Source: a bacterium (lineage in GTDB: Bacteria > Patescibacteriota > Patescibacteriia > Veblenbacterales > UBA10138). From it: a DNA stretch of 64,000 nucleotides. The notes below the pieces were generated by a model that saw only the letters and a list, made by a program, of their open reading frames with translations, had not been told where the DNA came from and searched no databases. Below, in pieces: positions 46,265 through 56,268 of the stretch. The stretch is from positions 55,862-119,861 of the forward strand of contig JAGVEX010000015.1 of NCBI GenBank assembly GCA_020057885.1. The letters are read 5' to 3'. The translations under genes were made by a program, and so were the position numbers. How positions within the stretch are numbered: the stretch's first letter is position 1; each line of letters opens with the position of its first letter.

Positions 46265-47575
46265 TTAAATTATAGTCAGTAATAGCGCCAACCCCACCAC
46301 CGCCAGCGAATGGCTTACAACTGAAACGTGCTGCACGCGGATTTTGATGAAGATATTAAGCAACAGCGCGGCTACCAAAAATACTACAAAATAAAAATAA
46401 AATTGGGTAACCGAATCGTCAAGATTACGTACTGTAAAAAAACCTAAAATTTTAGCAAACTTATTCGTGCCTTCGTTAAATACATAAAACTGTTGCGTGG
46501 AAACTTTAGGCGCTAACCACACTAACGATTTAGTATCAACTGAATCATCGCTTCCTATAACCATGGCTGATAACAATTCCCCGCCTTTACTAAATTGATC
46601 AGGATTAAACGCTATACTCCCCTGCCACACATCGTTATTTTGTTTAATTAAAACTACCGCTTCCGCAACCAACCGAACCACTACTGCTTTGGCATTTGTA
46701 ACTTTAATTTGTACTTGATAAGAATTATTATCTTGTAATACTTTCAAGCTTGATTCGTCAATAATGGGTTTAAGTACAACCGGTACTGGTTTTGCCACCG
46801 CACTAACTGGTGTTTTGGGAACAATAACAGCCGACTCCACCTCACCCGTAGTACTACCTGCTGTAACCGGCTCTAGCACTGGTTTGGGTGCTGGTGTATT
46901 GGTATTAGCATTAATAACAGGGGCAACTACCTCTTTAGTAACTGGTTTAATGGTTGTTGCTAAAGCTGTTTTAATTGGTGAGGCAAAATGCTCTACCACT
47001 ATAGTGGTATCAAAACCCTCAAATGTACCCATGGCCACGCCTACGCCTATCTCGGTATATTTGGGCATAACAATATTGGCGCGGTGCGTAGGGCTAGCGA
47101 GCCAGCCTGCTTGCAAATTCTCGGCGGTGGTAAAATGTACTGCTAAATTTTCACCAGCATAAGTATATTTGTAACCAGCTTTAGCAAACCAATCCCAGGG
47201 CGTGGCGCCTGCGGGACTAGTGTGCGCGAAATACTGATTCAAAAGCATATCCTCGGCTTTAGCTTGCGCGGAGGCGGTTAGCTTGTCATTCAACTTTAAA
47301 TCACCCAAACTTAAATTTTCTCTGGTTTGATTTGTTAGCTCAACAATATTCTGTGGCGTAATAGCGCTAGAAAATAAACTGGAAGAAGGTAGTGCAATAG
47401 GCACCACTACTACCAAAACTTTTAACAAAATTAAAATAACGCTATAGCCAATAAGCACATTGTGCTTTAAAGCGTGCGGGTGATAATTGTTGCCAGCGTG
47501 CGGAATAAAATGATCCCACAGGTGGCGGCCTGCTTTTTTGGTGTGCCTTGATATATGCTGAATGGCTTTTGACAT
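46265..47575 (-). CDS. Membrane-anchored CAP/SCP/PR-1 (YkwD-like) domain protein with Pro/Val/Thr-rich linker and C-terminal TM
   Basis: The CAP domain reads AQAKAEDMLLNQYFAHTSP...GENLA...PTHRANIVMPKYTEIGVGV. Confidence 0.7.
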   Translation of the reverse strand: MSKAIQHISRHTKKAGRHLWDHFIPHAGNNYHPHALKHNVLIGYSVILILLKVLVVVVPIALPSSSLFSSAITPQNIVELTNQTRENLSLGDLKLNDKLTASAQAKAEDMLLNQYFAHTSPAGATPWDWFAKAGYKYTYAGENLAVHFTTAENLQAGWLASPTHRANIVMPKYTEIGVGVAMGTFEGFDTTIVVEHFASPIKTALATTIKPVTKEVVAPVINANTNTPAPKPVLEPVTAGSTTGEVESAVIVPKTPVSAVAKPVPVVLKPIIDESSLKVLQDNNSYQVQIKVTNAKAVVVRLVAEAVVLIKQNNDVWQGSIAFNPDQFSKGGELLSAMVIGSDDSVDTKSLVWLAPKVSTQQFYVFNEGTNKFAKILGFFTVRNLDDSVTQFYFYFVVFLVAALLLNIFIKIRVQHVSVVSHSLAVVGLALLLTII

Positions 47576-47658
47576 ATATTATAAGCTCATTTAATAGCTT
47601 TTAACTTAACATTGTATACTACTTTAGATTAGCAATTTTGTCAAGAATTGTACAATTA

Positions 47659-49614
47659 CTATGGTAGATTAAAATTTTGTAAATATGGCTTAACAATTTC
47701 ATCTGGTTTGCCTTTCAATAATTTAAGATAATTATTAAATTTAATTTTAGCTTCAGCCACACTCCCTGTTTCATAAAGCACAATACCCCAATTGCGATAA
47801 AAATCACTCCGATTAAACAAATAAGGTTCGGCTGCCTGATAAATCGATAATAATACTGGAAGTTGGTTGCCATCTAAAATAATCCAATAAGTATATAGCT
47901 GTAGTAAAGCCTGATAATAATTTGTCTTAGGCAAACCCTGAACCTTAGCTATATTAAAATAACCCAAACTTAATTTAATTTTATCTAAAACTAATTTAAT
48001 ATCTGTTTCATCGGAAATATCTATAATATAACTACCCGCCCACAAAGACCGATAAACTGATTCCACTGGGTTATATGTTACTGCTACACCAAACTCATGT
48101 TCCGCTAATTTAACCTGCCCCACAGCTATGGCCCTTGAACCACTACCAGCATAAGCATCTGCTTGCCAGCTACTAATATTTTTATAAAGCAATACTGCTG
48201 TTAAAATTGAACATAAAACCACTAAAAAATAACGCCAATTATAATTTTTATAATTTGACTCAGTTGAAATTGGTAATTCTTCAGATTTGTTTACGCTAAG
48301 GGTTAAAGCTATTACTAAATAAAAATATACTAGCGAGGTTATGGTATCAAAATTAAACAAACCAATTATTATATAAGCTATGAGTGATGCTAATAAGGCA
48401 CTATAATAAATATTTAATTCGGTTTCAGTAGCAGCGCGGCGGGCATTCCATAAATAATATATTATATAAACCATTAGGGCCAACAAGAGAAAAGTTGCAA
48501 CAACACCTACACTCAAGGCAGTATCTAAAAATATATTATGCGCCCTATCAAATGGCTGTGGTTCAAAATTAAAGGGTGAGGGTGTTTTTTCGGCGAGTAA
48601 ATAAAAGGTATCTGGTCCGTAACCAAAGAGTGGTTTTGTTACGACATGATTTAAGGCAACTCCCCATATCCACAACCTTACGCCGCCACTGTCATTTTGT
48701 ATATTAAAGGCGCTTACCAAGCGTTTTGTTAATACGCTATTATTATTTGCTGAATGATTTATAAAAAAATAACCGGCGACCAAAACAAAAAGCGTAACAA
48801 CAAAAAACAAAATGCGATTTTTAGTAAAATGAAACTTATCCTTAATTAATATAATAGCTAGTACAACCAATGAAATCGTTACTGCCAACCAAACACTGCG
48901 TGATAATGTAAAAACCGTCGCTATTAATCCCACAATCAAGGTAACAGCATTAAATATTCGTTTATAAATATTTTTACTCACTAACAAAGAATAAACAACC
49001 AGTGGTAATACCAGTGCCAAATATGCTCCTAAAAAGTTAGGATGACCTAGGGTGGCAAAAGAACGTCTTGGCCAACCAGGAGTAGCAACGCGCAAACCTT
49101 CCTTAAACCCAGGAAGGTCAATGCCAAAGTGTTGTAAAATAGCATACACCGAAATAAAAAATGTCACCACAGCCACACCGTCTAGTAACATCTTAAATAT
49201 CTGCTGACGTCGTAAAGTAATTCTTAACAAAAAATAAAATACAAAAACGTGTAAGAGTGTAAATAAGCCAAACCAACGTTCATATGTCCCCCACCAGCTA
49301 ATTCTAGGAAAAATTGAAAAAATAGTAGCTAGTGTAGTAATGCCAAAAATACCAACTATAAGCAAATCAGCTGGTGATTTTTTTAATAAATTAATTATCT
49401 CTCCACAAAAATTACTCCAATTGTCAAAAGTAAATATTAACTTTGCGGCCCATATAAAAAACAAAACTTCCACGCCTATACGAAACCATATAATTTTATT
49501 AAACTCAAAAACATTTAACGTTCTAATATCAAAAATAAGAGGTAGAGCCAATAATAAAGCTAGCACACCTATATCTAAACATTTTTGATAATTTTTGGAT
49601 TTAACTATTAACAT
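47659..49614 (-). CDS. O-antigen ligase/polymerase-family (Wzy_C-like) polytopic membrane protein with C-terminal TPR-like region
   Basis: About 10-12 TM helices and a TLSRSVWL motif in a periplasmic-loop-like region; the C-terminal 180 aa are soluble and helical. Confidence 0.6.
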   Translation of the reverse strand: MLIVKSKNYQKCLDIGVLALLLALPLIFDIRTLNVFEFNKIIWFRIGVEVLFFIWAAKLIFTFDNWSNFCGEIINLLKKSPADLLIVGIFGITTLATIFSIFPRISWWGTYERWFGLFTLLHVFVFYFLLRITLRRQQIFKMLLDGVAVVTFFISVYAILQHFGIDLPGFKEGLRVATPGWPRRSFATLGHPNFLGAYLALVLPLVVYSLLVSKNIYKRIFNAVTLIVGLIATVFTLSRSVWLAVTISLVVLAIILIKDKFHFTKNRILFFVVTLFVLVAGYFFINHSANNNSVLTKRLVSAFNIQNDSGGVRLWIWGVALNHVVTKPLFGYGPDTFYLLAEKTPSPFNFEPQPFDRAHNIFLDTALSVGVVATFLLLALMVYIIYYLWNARRAATETELNIYYSALLASLIAYIIIGLFNFDTITSLVYFYLVIALTLSVNKSEELPISTESNYKNYNWRYFLVVLCSILTAVLLYKNISSWQADAYAGSGSRAIAVGQVKLAEHEFGVAVTYNPVESVYRSLWAGSYIIDISDETDIKLVLDKIKLSLGYFNIAKVQGLPKTNYYQALLQLYTYWIILDGNQLPVLLSIYQAAEPYLFNRSDFYRNWGIVLYETGSVAEAKIKFNNYLKLLKGKPDEIVKPYLQNFNLP

Positions 49615-49716
49615 TAATTGTTTATAAAAACAGCCTTATTATACAACTAGGGCGCACAAGGCGCCCTAGGTATTATAAACTATTTTCTTAGATTGCTAAA
49701 CGCATATCATCTGCTA

Positions 49717-51279
49717 TTATTTTGTGATTACCGACACAATCGTGCCCCAAACTTTTTGTATAAAATTCTTATCTTGGTTGCCACTAGGATCCGACGCCCG
49801 CACTATATAATAGGTTGGAGTTGGCAAGGCCGGACGTTTAATAAGATATCGTAAAGCTTTAGTGGCAAAACTCTGATAATTTAGTGAGCTACTCGCAAAA
49901 TAAGGTACCACTGTGGTTGACCAAATGGGACGCGTAAAATCAAAACCACTTGGCTTGGTAGCCTCATAAATCTTATAAGTTAGAGGTGTGGAAGCAGAGA
50001 CTTTTTTATAACTGTCTAAATCAACACCCGGCAACCAACTAAAATAGGCACTTTTAACATTATTAACTGGTTTTAGTGGTTCGATTTTTTCTAAGCCTTT
50101 GAAATTAGGGGCATATACATCTTTGGGGCCAAGGCATTTTTGATACTCATGAGTATGATCGCCAAAGTAAGCCCATGCCAAACGGTACGATCCGTCTGGG
50201 TTTGTCTTCCAATCAAGATCGTTTACACCAGGCGTAAACCACCCGGACCACGCACCCGAGAACCATTGAATACGGTAATTCTTTATCTCTGGGTGTTTGG
50301 CGCTATCCAATGTACTAAATTCAGATGTTCGCAAAGGGGCTTCCTTAACTATCTGGAACGACGCACAGAAAGAAGGATCACGAACTACAACATCTATGGT
50401 CTGCATATCGCCTAACCCAGAAGAATCCGCCACCTTGAATGTTGCTCGATACTTACCTGCAGTTGTAAAAAAATTAAAAAACTTACCATCTGCATTTACT
50501 TGGGTCGGCATACCTGCACCTAAGCTAAAACTATAAGTTAATGGGCTGTTGTTTGGATTATTAACTTCGACCTTAAATTGAGCTGAACCCTTAACATCTA
50601 TGGTACGCGTACCATAGATGTATTTAATCATGGATCCATTTCCAATAACAATGTTTTTTGCATACACATTATTACCCTCATTTGATTCGGATACAACTTT
50701 ATTAACATCAACCACAACTTGAATATTATTTGTACCCGCTACAAAGTGCTGATCAAGAAGAGCAAGTATATGGGGGCTATATTTACCATTTGGCTGGAGA
50801 TATGTTCCCTGTTGGATCTTATCAAGAATAATTTCATTATTAGTCAAATTTGTTACAACAATCCTAAAATCAGATAATACTTCTCCTTGTCCTAAATTGG
50901 AAATATCAAATTCAACATACTTGTACATATTATTCGAAACGATACTTGGCCCAACCTTAAAATTACTTATTGCAAGATCGGGTAACGATAATATTGGTCC
51001 ACTAAAACTACAAACCAACCACTGAGCCACATCAACCAAACAAGGCATTACACTCACAATGTCGCTACCCAAATTATAATCTGATATGTTAAATATAGAT
51101 GGAGTTACTGCATTATTTGTATTATACCAATTAGCCAGTAATGCACTTGCAGTTAGTCTGTGAATCTCATTGTTATATATAAGATAATAAGAACCACTAT
51201 AATTTAATAAAGTATTGTCAGGATATTTATCAACAATGGGAGCGCCCATTAAATAACTCAGCCATAATACGTCTGGCAT
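49717..51279 (-). CDS. Hypothetical secreted beta-rich protein
   Basis: 520 aa; Ig/PKD-like segments; no confident family. Confidence 0.45.
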   Translation of the reverse strand: MPDVLWLSYLMGAPIVDKYPDNTLLNYSGSYYLIYNNEIHRLTASALLANWYNTNNAVTPSIFNISDYNLGSDIVSVMPCLVDVAQWLVCSFSGPILSLPDLAISNFKVGPSIVSNNMYKYVEFDISNLGQGEVLSDFRIVVTNLTNNEIILDKIQQGTYLQPNGKYSPHILALLDQHFVAGTNNIQVVVDVNKVVSESNEGNNVYAKNIVIGNGSMIKYIYGTRTIDVKGSAQFKVEVNNPNNSPLTYSFSLGAGMPTQVNADGKFFNFFTTAGKYRATFKVADSSGLGDMQTIDVVVRDPSFCASFQIVKEAPLRTSEFSTLDSAKHPEIKNYRIQWFSGAWSGWFTPGVNDLDWKTNPDGSYRLAWAYFGDHTHEYQKCLGPKDVYAPNFKGLEKIEPLKPVNNVKSAYFSWLPGVDLDSYKKVSASTPLTYKIYEATKPSGFDFTRPIWSTTVVPYFASSSLNYQSFATKALRYLIKRPALPTPTYYIVRASDPSGNQDKNFIQKVWGTIVSVITK

Positions 51280-51297
51280 CTTAATAATGGAGTTCTG

Positions 51298-53520
51298 TCA
51301 ATTGGGATACATTGTTGAAAGTTTAGCTTCTGGAATTTTATGTAATATATTAGGATACGATACGGCATAAACATTAACAAAACCGCTATCGGACATTTTT
51401 TGGACTAATTTAGTACCAGGCCTAATTGTTATATTTTTGTCCATTGGCAAACTAGTAAGTGTAGAAATCGCTACGGTCTTTACATTAGAAAAATCTTTAT
51501 ACCAAGAGAAATAAGTTTCCACATTAGGAAAAAGCAAACGTTTAATACCATCAAAATAATATACGGATGGATCACCAGCCCCTTTAATCACATCACCAGC
51601 TACTATACCAAGGTTACTGCCCTGCACACTCATCATATTACCCCAAAGTGGTAAGGTAACACGTGTATTTGGTTGACTTCCACTAAAACCTATGCCAGAC
51701 ACGCCCAAGCGGTAAGCACCACTCGCCTGTCCTGATAAATCAGCTTTAATTGTCAATATTTTACTGGTATTATTGGCTACGCTAACTGGCGTTAATATAT
51801 CGGCATAAAGCCAACCATGTGTCGGATTTGAAAGATTAAGTGACGCCGCACTACCTATTAACGTAGAGTCATCAAAAATCTTTATATTTGATAAAGCTGA
51901 CAAATTTGCAGAATCAGAATTTATCTGTAAATTATTAAGAGTAACATTACCACCTGTGGCGCTTAACTTTATTCTGGTAAATGTAACGCCAGTTTGACTG
52001 GAAGGAATATTGGCTGCTGCTGGACTAGATGCATCAAGTGCTACAGATAAAGTTGATGTAGCAGTAGATAGAACAGTCATCAAATTGCCATATAGGGGAA
52101 ATGCTACATTAACGCTTGTAGGTGCATGCTCAGAATTATAACCCAATCCAATTAAACCTAACCTATATGAACCACTAGCATTAGAGCCAACATCGGCCAC
52201 TAATCTTAAAACCATAGTGGAATCCTTTTTTATAGTTTGTGGTGCAATTGAAATACTAGTCCATTTATAAGAAGGGTCTGTAAAATTCAAAGTTGATGAA
52301 CTGCCTAATAATGTAGTGCCATAATAAACGCTAATATTAGACAAGGCTGAAACATTAAGCGCGTCAGAATTAATTTGAACTGTATTTATAGAAACATCCC
52401 CACCGATAGCTGAAAATTTTATTGTAGTAAAAAGCACGTTAGTTCCCCCAGCATTTATATTGCTAGCCATAGGAGATGCTGCATCTAACACTGCGGATAA
52501 TTTTGTACTTATTGGTAAGGGCGCAAAATTGGCAATTATAGACTTATTTGCGCTAATAGAAACAGTACAAGTTAATCCTGCAACACTACTACAACCAACC
52601 CAACTTACAAATGATGATGCTGCGCTGGCTGTAGCGGTTAATGTTACTACTGATTCAGATGCAAATGAAGCGTTACAAGAAGAACCGCAATTAATTCCTG
52701 TAATTCCTGTTGGGCTACTTGTAACTAAATCCGCGTCAGTACCGTTTTTAGTAACAGTTAAAGTATAATTATTTATAACCACATTTGTAGTAGTAACAAA
52801 TGATTTAACCACACTTACAGAACTACCAACGCTACTATTAGCTATGGCGCAATAATAATACGTTGTACTAGGTAATAAACCAGTAATAATACGCGAAACT
52901 GTAATAGGACTAGATCCGGTGAAAACGCTACTCGCACTAATTTGTGACAGGTTACTACATGTTGATTGTACAGGACTATACCTAAATGCAACTGAAGTTG
53001 ATACACCATTAGGATTTACTAAGGCGCTTAGAGTTGCTGAATTAGTAGTTATGCTTGTGGCGGCATTAATGGTGACGTAAGGAAGCTCTAATGGTATGGG
53101 TACAAAATTAGCTGTCACAGCTTTATTTGCATTTAAACTTAATACGCAAGTACTAGCTGTACCAGTACAACTACCTCCCCAACCATTAAAAATACTTCCA
53201 CTTGCCGCCGTAGCGGTTAAAGTAACAACGGAATTAGCAACATAACTAACAGAACATGTAGAGCCACAATTTATACCTGTCGGTGCGCTTATGACTGCTC
53301 CAGAGCCACTTTTAGTTACTGAAATGGTATAAGAAGATGGCCTAATTATTATTGGAACATCTTCCCCTGGTGCTGTGGCAGCCGAGGCTAATTGCGTAAT
53401 CATTGCGCTATAAAACAAAATACCCATCACTAATAGACTGGCTGAACCAATAAAATGATGGGGTTTATTTAACTTAGTTAAATTATGTAGCGGAGCTACA
53501 TGATAATGCAATTTTTTCAT
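51298..53520 (-). CDS. Large secreted protein with divergent InlB B-repeat-like Cys-containing modules and FN3-like domain
   Basis: Signal/TM sequence. Repeated modules such as GINCGSTCSVSY...LTATAASGSIFNGWGGSCTGTASTC...ANF and GINCGSSCNASF...FVSWVGCSS. Confidence 0.55.
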   Translation of the reverse strand: MKKLHYHVAPLHNLTKLNKPHHFIGSASLLVMGILFYSAMITQLASAATAPGEDVPIIIRPSSYTISVTKSGSGAVISAPTGINCGSTCSVSYVANSVVTLTATAASGSIFNGWGGSCTGTASTCVLSLNANKAVTANFVPIPLELPYVTINAATSITTNSATLSALVNPNGVSTSVAFRYSPVQSTCSNLSQISASSVFTGSSPITVSRIITGLLPSTTYYYCAIANSSVGSSVSVVKSFVTTTNVVINNYTLTVTKNGTDADLVTSSPTGITGINCGSSCNASFASESVVTLTATASAASSFVSWVGCSSVAGLTCTVSISANKSIIANFAPLPISTKLSAVLDAASPMASNINAGGTNVLFTTIKFSAIGGDVSINTVQINSDALNVSALSNISVYYGTTLLGSSSTLNFTDPSYKWTSISIAPQTIKKDSTMVLRLVADVGSNASGSYRLGLIGLGYNSEHAPTSVNVAFPLYGNLMTVLSTATSTLSVALDASSPAAANIPSSQTGVTFTRIKLSATGGNVTLNNLQINSDSANLSALSNIKIFDDSTLIGSAASLNLSNPTHGWLYADILTPVSVANNTSKILTIKADLSGQASGAYRLGVSGIGFSGSQPNTRVTLPLWGNMMSVQGSNLGIVAGDVIKGAGDPSVYYFDGIKRLLFPNVETYFSWYKDFSNVKTVAISTLTSLPMDKNITIRPGTKLVQKMSDSGFVNVYAVSYPNILHKIPEAKLSTMYPN

Positions 53521-53650
53521 TTTTATTTTTCCTTTTTACTTAATATATTTAAATTATATTAAGCATTAATATTTATTTTAGGCTAATATTAGCCAATTCT
53601 ATATACATTATAGCATACAATACAAAAAAAATCAAGCCGTTTCAACAAAA

Positions 53651-53676
53651 AAACAGACTTTTTTGAAAGCCTGTTT
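53651..53676 (-). terminator. Rho-independent terminator downstream of the ferredoxin gene
   Basis: The AAACAGAC...GCCTGTTT hairpin has a T-run on the minus strand. Confidence 0.55.
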
Positions 53677-53702
53677 TTTAAATGTATTAAATTTATAAAT
53701 AA

Positions 53703-53951
53703 TTAAGGATAAATTTGTTTGCCTGTATCATCCTCAATAAAAACCGCGTTGGTCGGACAAGATTTTGCGGCCTCCAACACCATTTTTTCATCAGCCGAAA
53801 ATTTAGAAAATTCCACCCACTCGCTTGTTTTGCTGCCGTCGCTAGATTTGATCACGGCTTTACCCTCTTCATCTAACTCAAATACTTCTGGCAAAAGCGC
53901 AATGCAAGAAGCCGCGCTAATGCATAATTCTCTATCTACTCTAACTCGCAT
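53703..53951 (-). CDS. Small single-cluster ferredoxin
   Basis: 82 aa: DRELCISAASCIALLPEVFEL...AAKSCPTNAVFIED (Cys ligands C..AASC...CP). Confidence 0.65.
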   Translation of the reverse strand: MRVRVDRELCISAASCIALLPEVFELDEEGKAVIKSSDGSKTSEWVEFSKFSADEKMVLEAAKSCPTNAVFIEDDTGKQIYP

Positions 53952-54015
53952 AATAATTTATGGTTAAAAATTAATTGTTAATTTTATTGTTTTTAATTAG
54001 ATTCCTTCGTCGCCC

Positions 54016-54100
54016 GCCCAAAGCGTGCTCCTCGCAATGACATTAATGTATAATTACGAATCAATATCGTCATTGCGAACGAAGTGAAGCAATCTCTCTA
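54016..54100. promoter_or_regulatory. Extended imperfect inverted repeat (CTTCGTCGC...CGCAATGAC / GTCATTGCGAACGAAG) between the EamA gene and the ferredoxin gene
   Basis: Read directly: 9-bp and 6-bp paired arms with a 22-nt bulge. Confidence 0.3.
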
Positions 54101-54119
54101 TTCATAATTCAGTATTCAA

Positions 54120-54536
54120 CTATAAAGCAATTAAGACGGCCCCGGCGGCCATTAATATGGTACCGGCTATAACTTTAAAGGTCAAACTTTCGCCCAAAAT
54201 AAGCGCCGCTAAAACTACTGTGAACACTAAGGATAATTTATCAATTGGTGCCACCTTGGAGGCCGCTCCCACTTTAAGCGCGTAAAAATAAAACAACCAA
54301 GAAAGCGCTGTGGCAATAGCAGATAAAAATAAAAACAACCATGTCTTACTACCAATGCTTCCTAATTCATTTGTCTTACCTTGAAACAGCACAATCGCCC
54401 AAGCAAAGGCTAAAATAAAAACCGTACGAATAGCAGTGGCTAAGTTTGAATTTACATCTTTAATTCCAATTTTCGCCAAAATGGCGGTAAGCCCGGCGAA
54501 TAAAGCAGAAAGTAAAGCGGCGGTTACCCAAGACAT
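54120..54536 (-). CDS. EamA-like small transporter (DMT superfamily)
   Basis: 138 aa with 4 TM helices; N-terminus MSWVTAALLSALFAGLTAILAKIGIKDV. Confidence 0.7.
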   Translation of the reverse strand: MSWVTAALLSALFAGLTAILAKIGIKDVNSNLATAIRTVFILAFAWAIVLFQGKTNELGSIGSKTWLFLFLSAIATALSWLFYFYALKVGAASKVAPIDKLSLVFTVVLAALILGESLTFKVIAGTILMAAGAVLIAL

Positions 54537-54643
54537 AAAAATTAAATCTAAATTTCAAAATCCAAAATCCAAAACAATTAAGGATAAATTTTTTAAGAAG
54601 TGAATTTAGGACTTGTTTAAAATTAATGATTAGAAACTGTTTA

Positions 54644-56140
54644 TTATTTTATAAACACTACATTATTTTTACGAGCAGCAGCGAGTCCGAGTTGTAAACG
54701 TTCCTTACTCGCGGCATACAAAGTAAATAATTTATCGCCCTTTTTCACTTTATTGCCCCAATCGACATGTGTATGAATACCGGCGATTTTTTCGTGCGGT
54801 GCGCCCAAATTCATACAAATTTCATTAATCGCGCGATCGTGTATCAAAACAACTTTACCGGATTTTTTGGAATGAATTTCATAACGGAAAGCGCCCGTAG
54901 CAATTTCTTCTGATTTAATATTATAATTACCACCCTGCGCCTTAATAATCTCTTGCATTTTTTTCCAAGCCGCGCCATTTAACAATTGCTTTTGCGCAAT
55001 TTTTTTACCTTGTCCTTTGCGGCAATAACCCTTAAGCTCCAAAAGTTCACCAGCCAAATAAATTGATTTACGCTCTAAATCGTGCGGGCGTAATTTATGT
55101 TGCTGTAAAACGCGCAACACATCACGCGCTTCCAGCGCTGGCCCAATACCGCGTCCTATTGGCTCACGCGCCAAGGTTTTAATAACCTTTACTTTCATAT
55201 GGAACTTACGCCCAAGCCATTCAAACTTTTTCTGTAATTGATTGGCTGTGCGCATATTAGGAATTTTGGTAGTTTCGCCAATCGGCATATCAATAACCAA
55301 ATAATCCACCCCCATGGCCACTTTTTTAGCCATTATGGAAACTATCATTTTATCGTAAGGCTCAAGGGCTAACGGTCTTGAGATTTTTATAATTTTATCA
55401 TCGGCTGGGGCAATATTAAGCCCACCGCCCCACACCAAACAAGCTTTGGTTTTTTTAACTATTTCCTTAATCTGCTTCATGGAAAAACTTACCGGCGCCA
55501 ACACTTCCATCGTATCAGCAGTACCGGCTGGCGAAGTTATGGCGCGCGAAGACGTTTTGGGAATATAAATCCCGAGCGAGGCAATAATGGGAATCACCAC
55601 CATAGTTGTGCGGTTACCTGGCAAGCCGCCGACTGAATGTTTATCTACCACCTTTGTTGGCAGATCCATTTTTTCACCTGTATTGGCAATTGATTTGGCT
55701 AGATAATAAAGCTCGTCTTTGGAATACGGCTTAACAAAACCAGAGGCCACGAAATAAGTAATCTCGGGTATTGATAATTTATTTTGGGTTATATCAGAAA
55801 TAATTGAATGAATTTCCTCATAGCCCAAAGGCTTGCCCAACATTTTTTTCTTAATAGCCTGAATAGATGGTGGGCGCGATATAATAGATACTTCCACCAC
55901 GTCACCCTCCTCAATATTACGGCCGCGCCAAACCTCACGAAACAAGCCCACGCGCCCCGGCATTACTTTGGCTTTACTAGTATCAGCCGATACGACCAAT
56001 TTGGATCTATTACTCCATTTAAGCTCTATTCTATCGCCTGCCTGTATGCCTAAACTTTCGGCCTCGGCTTCATTAAGCACTGCAATAATTTCGTTGCCGG
56101 CGGAAAAATCTAATTTTTTTGACTTTAGATAAAATGACAT
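54644..56140 (-). CDS. AMP phosphorylase (thymidine phosphorylase family, archaeal DeoA-type)
   Basis: 498 aa. An N-terminal extra domain precedes the pyrimidine-nucleoside phosphorylase core (DKHSVGGLPGNRTT...SSRAITSPAGTADTMEVL). It is adjacent to an R15P isomerase. Confidence 0.7.
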   Translation of the reverse strand: MSFYLKSKKLDFSAGNEIIAVLNEAEAESLGIQAGDRIELKWSNRSKLVVSADTSKAKVMPGRVGLFREVWRGRNIEEGDVVEVSIISRPPSIQAIKKKMLGKPLGYEEIHSIISDITQNKLSIPEITYFVASGFVKPYSKDELYYLAKSIANTGEKMDLPTKVVDKHSVGGLPGNRTTMVVIPIIASLGIYIPKTSSRAITSPAGTADTMEVLAPVSFSMKQIKEIVKKTKACLVWGGGLNIAPADDKIIKISRPLALEPYDKMIVSIMAKKVAMGVDYLVIDMPIGETTKIPNMRTANQLQKKFEWLGRKFHMKVKVIKTLAREPIGRGIGPALEARDVLRVLQQHKLRPHDLERKSIYLAGELLELKGYCRKGQGKKIAQKQLLNGAAWKKMQEIIKAQGGNYNIKSEEIATGAFRYEIHSKKSGKVVLIHDRAINEICMNLGAPHEKIAGIHTHVDWGNKVKKGDKLFTLYAASKERLQLGLAAARKNNVVFIK

Positions 56141-56160
56141 AAATAAAAGCTTCGCTTTTA

Positions 56161-56175
56161 CCCCGCGGAGCGGGG
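56161..56175 (-). terminator. GC hairpin (CCCCGC-GGA-GCGGGG) between the R15P isomerase and AMP phosphorylase genes
   Basis: Read directly. Confidence 0.35.
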
Positions 56176-56268
56176 TGGTCCGCCACGGCGAACCAAAATA
56201 CTAAATTCGAAATCCCTGCCTACCGGTAGGCTGGCTAAACTCTAAACAACATATGAATAAAAAATTAA

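Noticed and set aside
54577-54592. AATTAAGGATAAATTT 14-16-mer shared with 53701-53716 as a regulatory repeat
   Set aside because: One copy is the 3' coding end (KQIYP*) of the ferredoxin gene and the other is in a 5' leader. Two AT-rich copies are insufficient to call a motif.
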